From Octopus sinensis (taxonomy: Eukaryota): 64,000 nt of DNA. The stretch covers positions 82,150,001-82,214,000 of the forward strand of contig NC_042998.1 in assembly GCF_006345805.1 (NCBI RefSeq), in the 5' to 3' direction. The position numbers were made by a program, and so were the translations under genes. Shown here one piece after another: positions 24,973 through 36,444 of this stretch; position 1 is the first letter of the stretch; every line of letters begins with the position of its first letter. The notes under the pieces were generated by a model. The model saw only the letters and a list, made by a program, of their open reading frames with translations. It was not told the DNA's origin and searched no databases.

Positions 24973-25460
24973 TGTAGCTGCCCCCTCGTTATCGAGTATA
25001 GCGATTGCACGAAGCTTAATCAATGTTGTTATCGTGCAATGCCTGTGCAAGAAGAATATTTTAAAGTGAGGAAAGGCTGTGCATTGAGTCAATCCCACTC
25101 ACTAAGCAACAGCAGCCATAATCCAAAAAGAAGAACAAGTCAACATCATCGGTAACCACTGAGCCGCAGGTTTCATGTCGGAGTTATTCCAGTTACCTGA
25201 GTTACCTTCCCCTAGAAGGATGCCCTAACAAAGGCTAGGAGTCCTTCACTCCCAATGGTTTAACCGCGTGATCGGGTATTCAATCCGATTATTTCTATGT
25301 CCCCGCGCATGATACAGCCTTAAGACATTTGTTGGATGGCCGTTGACTTTCCTCCGCCCTTTGATGGGTTTTGCTTTTCATCAGCAGGTTGTCCAATAAA
25401 CAGCCTCTTCACCAAGCAAGCTTGGTGGGGTTGATGGTTTAGTCGCCGACGATCCGACCA
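24973..25460 (-). mobile_element. Probable RTE-clade LINE 5' UTR fragment
   Basis: Minus strand has GGCGACTAAACC, GGAAAGTCAACGGC and CTCCTAGCC...GGGCATCCTTCTAGGGGAAGGTAACTC, resembling RTE 5' UTR motifs as I recall them. No ORF. Confidence 0.4.
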
Positions 25461-27053
25461 TACATACATACATACATACATACATGCATGCATACATATG
25501 TAAAATTTTTTGGTAGAAGATAAAAATTCCAGTTATCAGTTTTTACTCCGAAAACGAAATCATGCTTACAGTGATTGGATGGGATATTTGTTTATATTAA
25601 AATTCAAATAATAAAACACAGCAAAAGGTATGCAAAAGAAAACCGTTGTATTATACACGAAGTATTGTCTCCATTCAAAATTCTCTTATTCTATATATAT
25701 ATATAAACAGAGAATTATGTATAAACCTATGTATCTATGTATATGTGAGTGTGTGTGTGTATGTATGTGTGTATGCATGTGTGTGTACATGTATGTATGC
25801 ATGTGCATGTGTGTATGCATGTGCGTGTACATATGTGTGTATATATGTGCTTATCAATTTATACTTTAGCTATTGTTTACTTGAAACCATTTTTTCTAAT
25901 ATTGAATAGTTGTTATATGTTCTCGAATTCTGTGTTATATTGTTTCATCAGTATGAATGAAAATATTCGAAATTTTAAGTTATCCTGAAGTATCAGACTC
26001 TATACAAGTTATGTACACATCAACGCCTGCTATAGACGTTTGAAAACGTTTCAGTGTGAGCATAAATACGCATTCCACTGTCAAAAATATTTAGCCGGAA
26101 ATCAGGGAAATGATACAAGAAACGAAGACTGCAAGCAACACAAAACCAACCAGCTCCCCAAAAAAGAAAATTTACCACAAGCGAATGAAATCCTCACAAC
26201 AGAGGAAGGATATAACCTTTCTTTAACAGAAAATGGCACAACTGAAACGACCAGACATACAATATGTGTGTTGTCGATGGTTTCATATTCCGGAACATGC
26301 CACAAGCAGCTAAAATATACGGACACTGTTACCACATATCGATCTCCTATAAATGTGTCACAACAAACATTACCAGCTAAAAAAACATTGTTTTCGGTGC
26401 CTGGGGACACCGAAGAACGGGACAACTTTTCACCTAGCATAATAATTTCTTATATGTCCATGTTTAAAATGTTAGGGATGCTTTCAAGTACCACATAATC
26501 TGCAACACCCTGCTTTGAAAATAGCAACCGATGTTCCTTTTTATGATTCTATGTTGGTTTTTTGCCATAAGGATTACAACTAACTTAGTAAGATCTTACT
26601 TTCCTCTGCTTCTTAACCATAATCCGGACACCTGAAACAAAATCCTTCGCATTTGTTGTTTGTTAATATCACACTGAACTTTTCGTATCTTTTTCTGCTT
26701 TGCCCGACACACCACCACTTTCCATTACAAGACTGCAATCCTTACTCCAAGAAATTCAATGAAAATAAAGTAGTTGTGGGCGTATGACATGCAAATCTGG
26801 TGAAATTGTGAAATTGTCAGTCTGTGATCTCTTTATTATTCTGCTTCGGTGGCCTCCTGTCGAATCGAAATTAGCTTGCTATGAAAAGAATGCTGATGAA
26901 GTCTCTATTTTTTTCTTACCCATACTCTATTAAATCTGATGTATCCTAAATTAAGTATTCTCATGCTGACATGACTTCCTACACAACCGGCATGTGAATA
27001 AGCGAATAATACTAACCCTGCAAATATATATTCTGTATAATTTATCGAAGAAA

Positions 27054-27201
<148 letters not shown>

Positions 27202-28217
27202 TATAGATGTAATTATATAGTGATATATATGTATATATATAATCATATATGTATGTATACATATATACACATGTATGCAACAATCCTACACCTCATCTGA
27301 CATACAAACTCCAAATCAAACAACGCACATTTTATACAACTCCACGCAGTAGGCACACATTTCAGTCACTCGGAAATGCAGTTGGTGTTATGGTAGAGAC
27401 TCGTATTTGAACTGTTGTAAATATAAGCAAAATGTGAGGAAAAGAAAACAGAATTCAACATTTATTGCTCCGAAATTATGGGAATTAGAAAACGAGATAT
27501 GACTGTAATGTCCAAGGGAGGCAATCGTGTAAAACATCAATATTTCAGAAACCAACATTACTGTGATTAGGATAAAGACTAACGTTAATAATAATACCTC
27601 AAGATAAGGAGAGAAACTATATGGTCAATAAATAATTTTTAATAACAGAAGTGCTATTATCTCTGGGAATTTTTTTAAAGCAGGTTAGAAAAATATTGCT
27701 GACTTTGATGCTAATTAATATAAAGACTAGCAAAGATCAACATAAAAAATATATTGGAGTCGTTTATTTGTCATTATTTTTATCAATTGACAAATGAATG
27801 GATATTTATTTTTATTTGGTCATTTTTGGTAGAATTTTTGTGGACTTTCTTTTTAAAATAGTGTTTTTAATTATAAATCCCGCCCACGTTTTGCCTTCAG
27901 TCATCTTCATGCAGATGTTCAAACAGATAATCAATGATATCAAATAAACCATTCTCGGGGGCCATGCAGTCCTTTTTCTGACTCTTAACTAAACGTTGGA
28001 AGATAATTTATGTAGCGTGCTATAATACATTGTGTTTTTAGAGGATTAACTGAATATTTTGTAAAGAAGCAAACAGTTGTTTTCTTCGTATAGGAGACCT
28101 AACGTGTAGGGAATAATGTTGTCAGTAAAAAAGTGCAAATCATGATTACAACAAGTAGAAGTGGGAATCCATAATCGATGTCCGTGGCTGATACACTTAA
28201 CTTTATATTATTTGCTC

Positions 28218-28430
28218 TTATCCATCAAAGATGATTCCCAGGTATTGAAAGGCACAGCGTAAAAAGATAGTTGTAGGATACTGATCAGAGGTTATGCTTA
28301 TATTATAGATTGGTTTCTTTAAATCTATAAGACGAATTGGGCTAAGTGTTGAAATCAAATGATACAGTGAGAAACAGGCCAATGTGTGAGATTCCATATG
28401 GTCAAGCGAATAGGCAGGAATAGCAGACAA
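28218..28430 (-). mobile_element. Possible decayed non-LTR RT fragment
   Basis: Only the FQYLGIIFDG motif (KYLG-like) supports it. Confidence 0.3.
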
Positions 28431-28489
28431 ATCTCAGATGAATGAAGAATACATCGGATAACAAATAATTTGTGTATACCTATTTATTT

Positions 28490-28710
28490 ACTACCCACAA
28501 GGGGCTAAACACAGAGGGGACAAACAAGAACAGACACCCGAATCAAATCGATTACATCGACCCCAGTGCGTAAATGGTACTTATTTAATCGACCCCGAAA
28601 CGATGAAAGGCAAAGTCGACCTCGGCGGAATTTGAACTCAGAACGTAACGGCAGACGAAATATGGCTACGCATTTCGCCCTGCGTGCTAACGTTTCTGCC
28701 AGCGCGCCGT
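28490..28710 (-). mobile_element. SINE family A
   Basis: Reverse complement of the family A head and of the tail TCCTTGTTTGTCCCCTCTGTGTTTAGCCCCTTGTGGGTAG. Confidence 0.85.
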
Positions 28711-29064
28711 CTTCAATTTGTGTATACCGTGCCTTGAAAGATGCTATGCTGGTCATTCTTGTCTGCCTTTCACAAAATATCTCCTTCACCCGATATTAAA
28801 CATCATCAACAAGAACAACAGCATCAATCAGAGAAATAAGACTGAAAATATTTAACGCTGAGTATAACAATCAGAAATTCTAAAGCATCGGACAGAAAAT
28901 ATATCGGATTGAGAATTAAGAATATTTAATATTTTCCGTAAGCAGAGTAAGAATCTTAAACTTGCCTCTCTCTTATTTAACGTCATTAGGAAAGAAAAGA
29001 TTTTACTATACTTACCGAATTAATGATATAGATGTCAGTAAGTAACTTTATAATATTGATTTCA

Positions 29065-29265
29065 AATTTTGTCACAAAGATCAGCAATTTCAGAGCAGAG
29101 GGTATGTCGATCACATCAATCCCCAGAGTTCAAGAAGTACTTAGTTTATCGAGCCCGAAAAGGATGAAAAGCATAATCGACCTCGGAGGAATTTGAACTT
29201 AAAACTTAAAATGCCGGTAAGCATTTTGCCTGGAATGCTAACGATTTTGGCAGCTCGCTGCCTAG
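29065..29265 (-). mobile_element. SINE family A, degraded
   Basis: GTCGACCTCGG..GAATTTGAACT..GCTAACGATT..CAGCTCGCTGCC motifs. Confidence 0.75.
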
Positions 29266-29964
29266 AGTAACTTTATATCATTCTAATTTCATTAATGGTG
29301 CAAAATTCATAAATGTGAAAGGAAAAAAAATCAAATGATGTTTTGTTTCGCTGAGATATCATCTGCACGAGAAGAATTTACGGAGAGAAGTGTTTACAGC
29401 TCAGTGGACTAAATAATTCGACTGACTGTTCGTAAATTTATCGACACATTCTTCTGCATCTCAGTACTGGACAGTATAAGACAAGTTTATATGAACGCAA
29501 TATTGTTGTTTGAACATCAGTAAAGCTTCTTACTTTTAACATCATACTTCAAAACATTAATCCTTTCACATTATGATCGCAATAGAAACTTGACTGTTAG
29601 TAAGACCTACATGTAGACATGAAGATATTCAATAAGTTGCGTGCTTAATCAATGAGTTGTTTATTGCCAATTATTTAGCTACAGAAATGTCAACAGTGTC
29701 TCCTTTCTACTAATATGTAAATTAATTAGTCACGAACGAAGTTGTGTTCAGATTTTAGTATAAGAATTACATGACCCACTTAGATAAATCCTATGAAAAA
29801 AATTATAAATTAGCCTCTGTTTGGTGCAAGGGTTGCCCGTATGGCTAACGTGTTTGCTTCGATATCCCATGGCTTCTACCTCTGTTCCACTTTGCGACAT
29901 ATTGTGCAGATCTCTACTACAATAAGAAGTGAATTTCTTAGATTTGAGCTCTGTGGAATGTTCG

Positions 29965-30012
<48 letters not shown>

Positions 30013-30015
<3 letters not shown>

Positions 30016-30218
30016 TACCGTGAGTACCGCTGGCGATGTTTTCCTTCTGTCTTCCCTTCTCGGGATCTTTCCTTCTCCTATATTTCCGACGAAGAGCTCT
30101 GCTTGAAACGTTAAACCCTCCTTCCCTTCTTTCCTGAGCGTCCAATAATACTTTATTTGTTCCACGTCCTCGCGTTGTTGTGTTTTTTTTGTTTTTTTGT
30201 GTTTTCTTGTTTGGATTA

Positions 30219-30220
<2 letters not shown>
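30013..30220 (+). mobile_element. Family X HHR element, copy 3 (opposite orientation), in (TA)n
   Basis: Ends GTTTGGATTAAC-(TA)n; begins after (TA)n. Confidence 0.8.
30082..30116 (+). ncRNA. Minimal type I hammerhead-like fold (family X)
   Basis: ATTT-CCGACGA-A-GAGC tct GCTT-GAA-ACGT-T-AAAC. Confidence 0.55.
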
Positions 30221-30295
<75 letters not shown>

Positions 30296-30589
30296 GTATA
30301 TATATATATACATATCTGTAATATAATATGTGACAAATATTGGGCTGCCATAATAAAACTCTGAGTTTCGGATTGCTTTTTATATTGTGTCCACGTAGAA
30401 GATTTTTATCTCTCTATACATATTACATATATATTTTATGTATTTTTCACATAATTTTTACATATTTATTGAGATATATTTTTAATATTTTTATTGCTTT
30501 ATATACTTTTACACATTTTTTCTGTATTTTACCTTTCACCCTGCGTTTTTCTTGTCCATGTGCGTATATAAACGTGTATATGGACTTTT

Positions 30590-31160
30590 TGTACACGTGT
30601 GTGTGTGTGTGTGCGGGTATGTATATATGTACATGTATATGTACAGGTGTATGGTTGCATATATAGGTGGGTGTACATGCGAGTGTTCCCCGCGAGTCTG
30701 AGTGAGCATATGCATATATAGCATGTACGTATTTTCGACTTGTATTTGAATATAACTGTGCGCGAATGGGTATGTGCACGTGTGTGCGGAAATACATGTG
30801 TGTACATCGTGCGTATGAGTGTGCGTGTGTGTGGGTATGTATATATGTACATGGGTATGGTTGCATATGTATGTGGGTGTACATGCATGTGTTCCACGCA
30901 AGTGTGAGCGAGCATATAGCTTGTGCGTATTTTAGACGTGTATTTGAATATAACTGTACGCGTATGGGTATGTGCACGTGTGTGTGTGTGCGAGTGTGTG
31001 TGGATATGTATACGTGTACATGTATGGTTGCATATATATGTGCATCTATTTGCGTATGCCCGGGTGCGCATGTTTCATGCGAGTGTGAGGGAGCATATGC
31101 ATATAGGCGCATGTACGTGGGTGTGCGTGCACACATATGTATGTATGTACATGCCCGCAT
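30590..31160. repeat. Minisatellite of ~3 units (170-205 bp) built from degenerate RY dinucleotides
   Basis: TATTTGAATATAACTGT at 30743 and 30941; ATGGTTGCAT at 30651, 30857 and 31024. Confidence 0.8.
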
Positions 31161-31164
31161 ACGC

Positions 31165-31500
31165 GATTGCTATGAGCATTTTTACTCCATTACTTTCTAC
31201 TTCCTCCCCTTCGGTTTTTTCCCTTATTTAACAGTCATTCTAATAGATCTTTTGTCTTAATAACGGTCAATTACATAGTAATTTTCCTTTGTTTAACGGT
31301 CCTTTTTATAGCATATTTTGATTTCCTCGATAACTGAAGAGAGAGCCGGAGCAGGTTTCCGCCCCGACATCCGAAACTCGGAGCTTTATTATGGCAACCG
31401 AATAACTGTCACATATGTTACAGATAAATACTTCTATTTACATAATATCGAGGTCTCTTACATTTTTTTGGTTATCTTATCTTACCATTACTATTAATAT
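31165..31500 (+). mobile_element. Penelope pLTR-like fragment (family Z) ending in (TA)n
   Basis: Contains the HHR-like fold at 31330-31389; partial inverted copy at 30312-30375. Confidence 0.55.
31330..31389 (+). ncRNA. Degenerate type I hammerhead fold
   Basis: ATAA-CTGAAGA-[helix II with CGGA..TCCG hairpin]-GAA-ACTC g GAGC-T-TTAT. The inverted copy has GAGT, restoring U16.1. Confidence 0.5.
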
Positions 31501-31879
31501 ATATATATATATTTATATATATATACATATATCGTTTTGTATTTGGTTTGCAAGGTTCTTTCGTGTGATGAAGCATATTTCATTGTATCTGGGGAGATTC
31601 ATTCTAATTTAGTGCCTTATTATTTAACACACTCACACACATAGGTTCAATTCCCACACATTCACTTATATATTTGAACTCAGAACGTAGCAGCAGACGA
31701 AATACCGCTAAGCATTTCATCCGGCGTGCTAAAGTTTCTGCCAGCCGCCGTCTTGCTTAATCTATATGTAAACATTAAAAACTGCAGGATGCAAATATTC
31801 ATCTTCGCTTTCTCACATCCTATTAAAATTAGTCAAACTTTTCACAATTTCAATATATATATGAATAAAGAGAGGTCAG

Positions 31880-32420
31880 ATGTATAAAGTTTAACGGATA
31901 AAATGGTATTTTTTAAACCCATTTACCCCTAACAATTTAAAAAATAATTCAGTAACGTATTCGCTGTCATTACTCACGACTTCTTGGCAGCGGTTCACAA
32001 GCTTCTCTACGCCATAACGGAAGAAATAACTGGGTCTTACCTGGAGGAATCCATCGAGATATGTTTTAAGCTCCGCATCGATGTTGAACGAAATGCCTCG
32101 CAGACTGTTAGAAAATGAACTATAAAGGTGATCTAAAGCACCATCACTCATATCAGAGGAATAAGATGCGTGCGGTGGAAGTTGTCAATCGAGCTCTTGC
32201 ATAACATGTGTGCTTAAATTAACGATGTGCTGGCGAGCGTTGGCATATTGGAGAAAATGGCACTTCATCATTATTTGTCGAAAATGAGCTTATTCAAATT
32301 TCAAAATCGATAAATAAACTTTGAAGAGGATGAGTATAGCTACAAAAATCATAGCTCAACAATGATGATATTTTTCGTCTTCATACAGAAAGCAAAGAGA
32401 TAACTTTATCTGATAGCCAA
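31880..32420 (-). mobile_element. Mariner-family (DD34D-type) transposase C-terminal remnant
   Basis: DHLYSSFSNSLRGISFNIDAELKTYLDGFL...GVEKLVNRCQEVVSNDSEYV matches the mariner C-terminus (YHLFRSL.N.L.G..F...W..V....G.Y); upstream FLQYANARQH (for LHDNARPH). Confidence 0.8.
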
Positions 32421-33150
32421 ATGTTTTCTAAATTCTATATATAACGAAGAAGATAAGCAAATTTACAGTGAAACATCTACGTGGATTCTACGTGGATAAA
32501 AACGTTATTTTTTTTCAAATGGCTGTAATGCAAAATTCATTGGAAATATTGAAATTACGTGTAGTTAGATATTACGAAGTGGAATTAGTGAGGATGTATT
32601 ACTAATTCAGTGAATACTTATGAATGTTTCAAGCATAAAGTTGTAAACGAAGATTATCTCAGTTTCTACAGAGAAAAACTTACGTAACTTCACAAACGCT
32701 AGTAAATGCTGAATATTTATGAGGTCCACATAACAGACATACTTTATTCCTAGTGATTTACTGTGATAGATCTTGATGTCTCATAGTCATAAACAAGTAC
32801 ACATTTTCTCATTAGCTATCACCGATTGACACTACCTCAGTAAATATATGTTGTGGATATTTATAACCCTGAACAAAGTTGAAAGGTAAGATCGACTTTA
32901 GCGAAAGTAAACTCAAAATATAGACATACAACGTACACTTTCATACATATATGCGCCTGTGTGTATGTGTGTGCCCGTGTGTGTGTGAGTAATTTGTGTG
33001 CCAAAATTGCGATGATAATCTGGTACTTGACTGAAGAAAAAGCTTCGAATGACCCGTCCTTGTCGTCTTTGTATCGTCTATCTGGATGTTTTCTTGTCCC
33101 TTTTTGCATCACCTACCTGTCCAGATGTTTTGCGTTCTTGTATTATTTTG

Positions 33151-33186
<36 letters not shown>

Positions 33187-33188
<2 letters not shown>

Positions 33189-33910
33189 ATAAGATCGTTA
33201 ATTTATAATAAAATACCATCTTATCAAGTGGCTAGCATTGAAAAAAGTAACCTTCAAATGTAATAATTTTAAAAATTATAAATTAGGGTATCTACGAAAC
33301 ACCGCCATCTATATAGCAGCCATGATCCGACTCTAAAACCACCTTAAGTGTTCATGTAGCAACACGGAGAGAAGTCAAAGAGACAAAATGAAACCAGTAA
33401 AAAAATGCTAGATAATTTCAGATCCTGGATTTCTGGATTTGCATTTAGGAATACTTTGCCTCAGTGGAATAAGATCGTTATTCTAATTTAAATTAACGAT
33501 CTTATCCTTATTTATATAAATTTAAATTTATTTCGTCACTGTATTTACTGCGGTGATATTTTAACCATATCGCAAATGGAATTAAGCGTACATTTTGAAC
33601 TAGTCTTGTTGTATGCGTGCATATATATGTATGTATACGTTCGTATATGTAAGTATTCGTATGTTGTATTTATATATATATATGTATTTATGTTTCTTTC
33701 TGTATGTATTCCACTGACGAGGCAAAACATTCCTAAATGCAAAGTCAAAAATCCAGGCTCTGGAATTATCCAGTAACTTTTTACTAGTTTCATCTTGTCT
33801 CTTTGTCTTCTCTCCATCCTGCTATATGATCACTTAAGGTGGTTTTAGAGTCGGATCATGGCTGCTATTTCCAGTACATGGTGGTATCTCGTAGATAGCT
33901 TAATTTATTA
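33187..33910. mobile_element. Interlocked inverted-repeat (MITE/foldback-like) structure
   Basis: Perfect 18-bp IR (33187-33204 / 33490-33507) overlapping ~200-bp inverted arms (33276-33470 / 33708-33910). Confidence 0.7.
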
Positions 33911-33922
33911 TTTTATATATAC

Positions 33923-33961
<39 letters not shown>

Positions 33962-34121
33962 AACAAAGATAAATGCGATACAATAAAATTAATTATAATC
34001 GCCGGTGTACCAGTACACGCCATATATTATACATATATCATTACATTCAAGGCGAAGAGTGCACTAGATACACAATAGCTGGATAAATTTAGTGAGATGA
34101 TAATTTAAAAATATATATATA

Positions 34122-34171
<50 letters not shown>

Positions 34172-34399
34172 CGGTGTACGTACACTTTGTTCTCTTATAT
34201 GTAAGTACATATTTTTCAAAATCTTGTGCGACTCTATTTCTATCAACCCTTTCATGCTTATTCGTTCATTCCACCCTTCGTTCTTTCGCTCACCCGCTCT
34301 CACATTTCTTTGCCTTCTCTTCTTACTCACTTTCCCTCCACTTTTCACTTCACTGTCACCCTATCAATTTTCTCGCCCCTCCTTAATTCTTCTGTCCCT

Positions 34400-34860
34400 C
34401 TGCTTCTACTTCTCTCTTGTCTCTTCCCACGTGACCGATCGGCCAAACCTGCTCTTTCTTTCGTGCAACATCGATATTCTTCTGCGTTTGTGAACACTGA
34501 ATATCATCGATATTATTCTGCGTTTGTGAACACTGTATATCTACCGTAAGGCTTCAATATCCACACGCGCCAGCTTAATTCAATTCGTCCTTAGTCGAAA
34601 GACACCTGTTGTTATGTCCTGTCATTATTTTATTGTATTTATATTTGTGTAACATTGTCCATTTGTCTGTCTTTGTTTTTGTATACATTCGCTGCTTTCT
34701 TCCCAGGAATCTAATGCTCTTAGCTTAAGTTTTTCTTGGGGCTGGCCCGTTTGGGGCAATCTCAAGAATAATCAGCCGAAATTGCGAGGATAATCTAGCA
34801 CTTGATTGAAGAAAGAAAACTTCGAATGACCTGTTCTTCTTTTCTTTGTATCGTCTCTCT
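34400..34860 (+). mobile_element. Unclassified dispersed repeat (family W); partial second copy at 32990-33160
   Basis: Both copies share AAATTGCGA.GATAATCT.G.ACTTGA.TGAAGAAA..CTTCGAATGACC; contains a 36-bp tandem duplication (34470-34541). Confidence 0.55.
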
Positions 34861-35944
34861 CTATATATATATTCCCTATAGATGTAATGCATATGCATCT
34901 ATATATATGCATATATATGGATTTATATAGACAGTCACAGGCACACACTCATATATATATTTACATGTATGCATGCAATCGTGCGCGCGTGTGTCTCTTT
35001 GCTTCAGAATTTGCATTATCACTAGTTTCTGTGATATTTGTTCCAGATCTCAGCGCTTTTGCAACGTTCTTGCCAATGTCAACTTTCAGCTTTTATAGTT
35101 AATAATACAGTACCATTTAATTACTACGGCGGTTCTTCTCTTTTTCTGCCTATCTCTGTCTCCCTCTTTCACTCTCTCTCTCTTTGTCTTTCTGTCTCTC
35201 TTTCAGTCTCTCACTCTCTGTTTCTCATTCCTTCTATTTTCCTTTCTTCCACTTTCACATTTTCTGTTATTCTGTCACTCTCATTCCATTTCTCCCTGTC
35301 TGTCTTTGTCTCTCTTTTTCTCTGTCTGTCGCTCTCTGTCTGTCTGCTTCTCTCTCTCTCTCTCTTGCTTTCGGTCATTCTCTTAACATCAGACATATCC
35401 AAGAAGTTGGTATATCGAAATGAGAAAAATTACACATAAGAATGCATCAAAAAATATCCTTTACTTTCACAAAAAAAAACTTCCAAGACAAACACATTGT
35501 TTATGAAGATAGTTACCACTTTTTCCCGTGGCAGACTTGCCAATCAAGAAAATTCACCCCCATGATTTCCTAATATTCAGATGTGCCCCACTATAATCTT
35601 GCGATCATTCGACCCGTAATAACATTTGTGCACCACTCTGATATTTCTTAAAACATGATCATTAACGATATATCCTTTTGATATATCTAACCCAATGTAT
35701 CAAAGGCCTCATACGTACCATTATCATCAATAAATCATTTAACTCCCAATGGAGGACAGATAGATATACACGTAATACACGCAATACAATTTGAGATTTC
35801 GATTTCCTCGGTCCTCAGTCTATTGATTATTGGTAAAAGTTATAACGCCCAAAACACGAACAAAACAAGCCTTATACAAACAGCTTACTTTTGACTTGAC
35901 ATCTCTGCGCAGCACCTACATGTAAATATTGATTTAAAAGTTTG

Positions 35945-36141
35945 ATACAGGGCCAGCAATTTATAAGGAAAGTGTTAGTCTATTACATCGACCCCAGTGC
36001 TCAACTGGTATTTATTTTATCAACCCCGAAAGTATGAAAGGCAATGTCGGAATCGGCGGAATTTGATCTAAGAACGTAAAGACGAACGAAATGCCGCAAA
36101 GCATTTTGCCAGTATGCTGACGATTCTGTCAGCTCGCTGCC
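35945..36141 (-). mobile_element. SINE family A
   Basis: Reverse complement of the family A head. Confidence 0.8.
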
Positions 36142-36215
36142 TTATCCACATGTAAATAGTGATCCTCCCCCTACCCCAAAACCACGGTATAATATTCGCT
36201 ATAAAATAATAATCA

Positions 36216-36444
36216 GGCAGCGAGCTGGCAGAATCGTTAGCACGCCGAGCGAAATGCGTAGCCGTATTTCGTCTGCCGTTACGTTCTGAGTTCAAATTCC
36301 CCCGAGGTCGACTTTCATCCTTTCGGGGTCGATTAAATAAGTACCAGTTACGCACTGGGGTCGATATAATCGACTTAATCCGTTTGTCTGTCCTTGCTTG
36401 TCCTCTCCGTATTTAGCCCCTTGTGGGTAGTAAAGAAACAGGTG
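36216..36444 (+). mobile_element. SINE family A, full length, with probable 12-bp TSD
   Basis: GGCAGCGAGCTGGCAGAATCGTTAGCAC...GAGTTCAAATTCC; TAATATTCGCTA at 36190-36201 and 36445-36456. Confidence 0.9.

Noticed and set aside
25345-25392. Minus-strand CTGATGA...GAAAGTC in the RTE-like UTR
   Set aside because: No helix II can form between the core and GAAA.
26040-26498. 152-aa plus-strand ORF and overlapping 112-aa minus-strand ORF
   Set aside because: No recognisable domain, TTG start, no clear splice boundaries; more plausibly part of a decayed LINE.
26600-27017. Minus-strand exon chain 27017-26920, 26631-26600, 18629-18487, ~15467 with compatible phases
   Set aside because: The joined peptide resembles no host protein I know, and the largest piece looks like L1/Tx1 ORF2; not called as a gene.
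33031-33065. CTGAAGA...CTTC-GAATGAC as a functional hammerhead
   Set aside because: Position 15.1 is U, and helix I partners are not complementary; kept only as a weak family-level lead.
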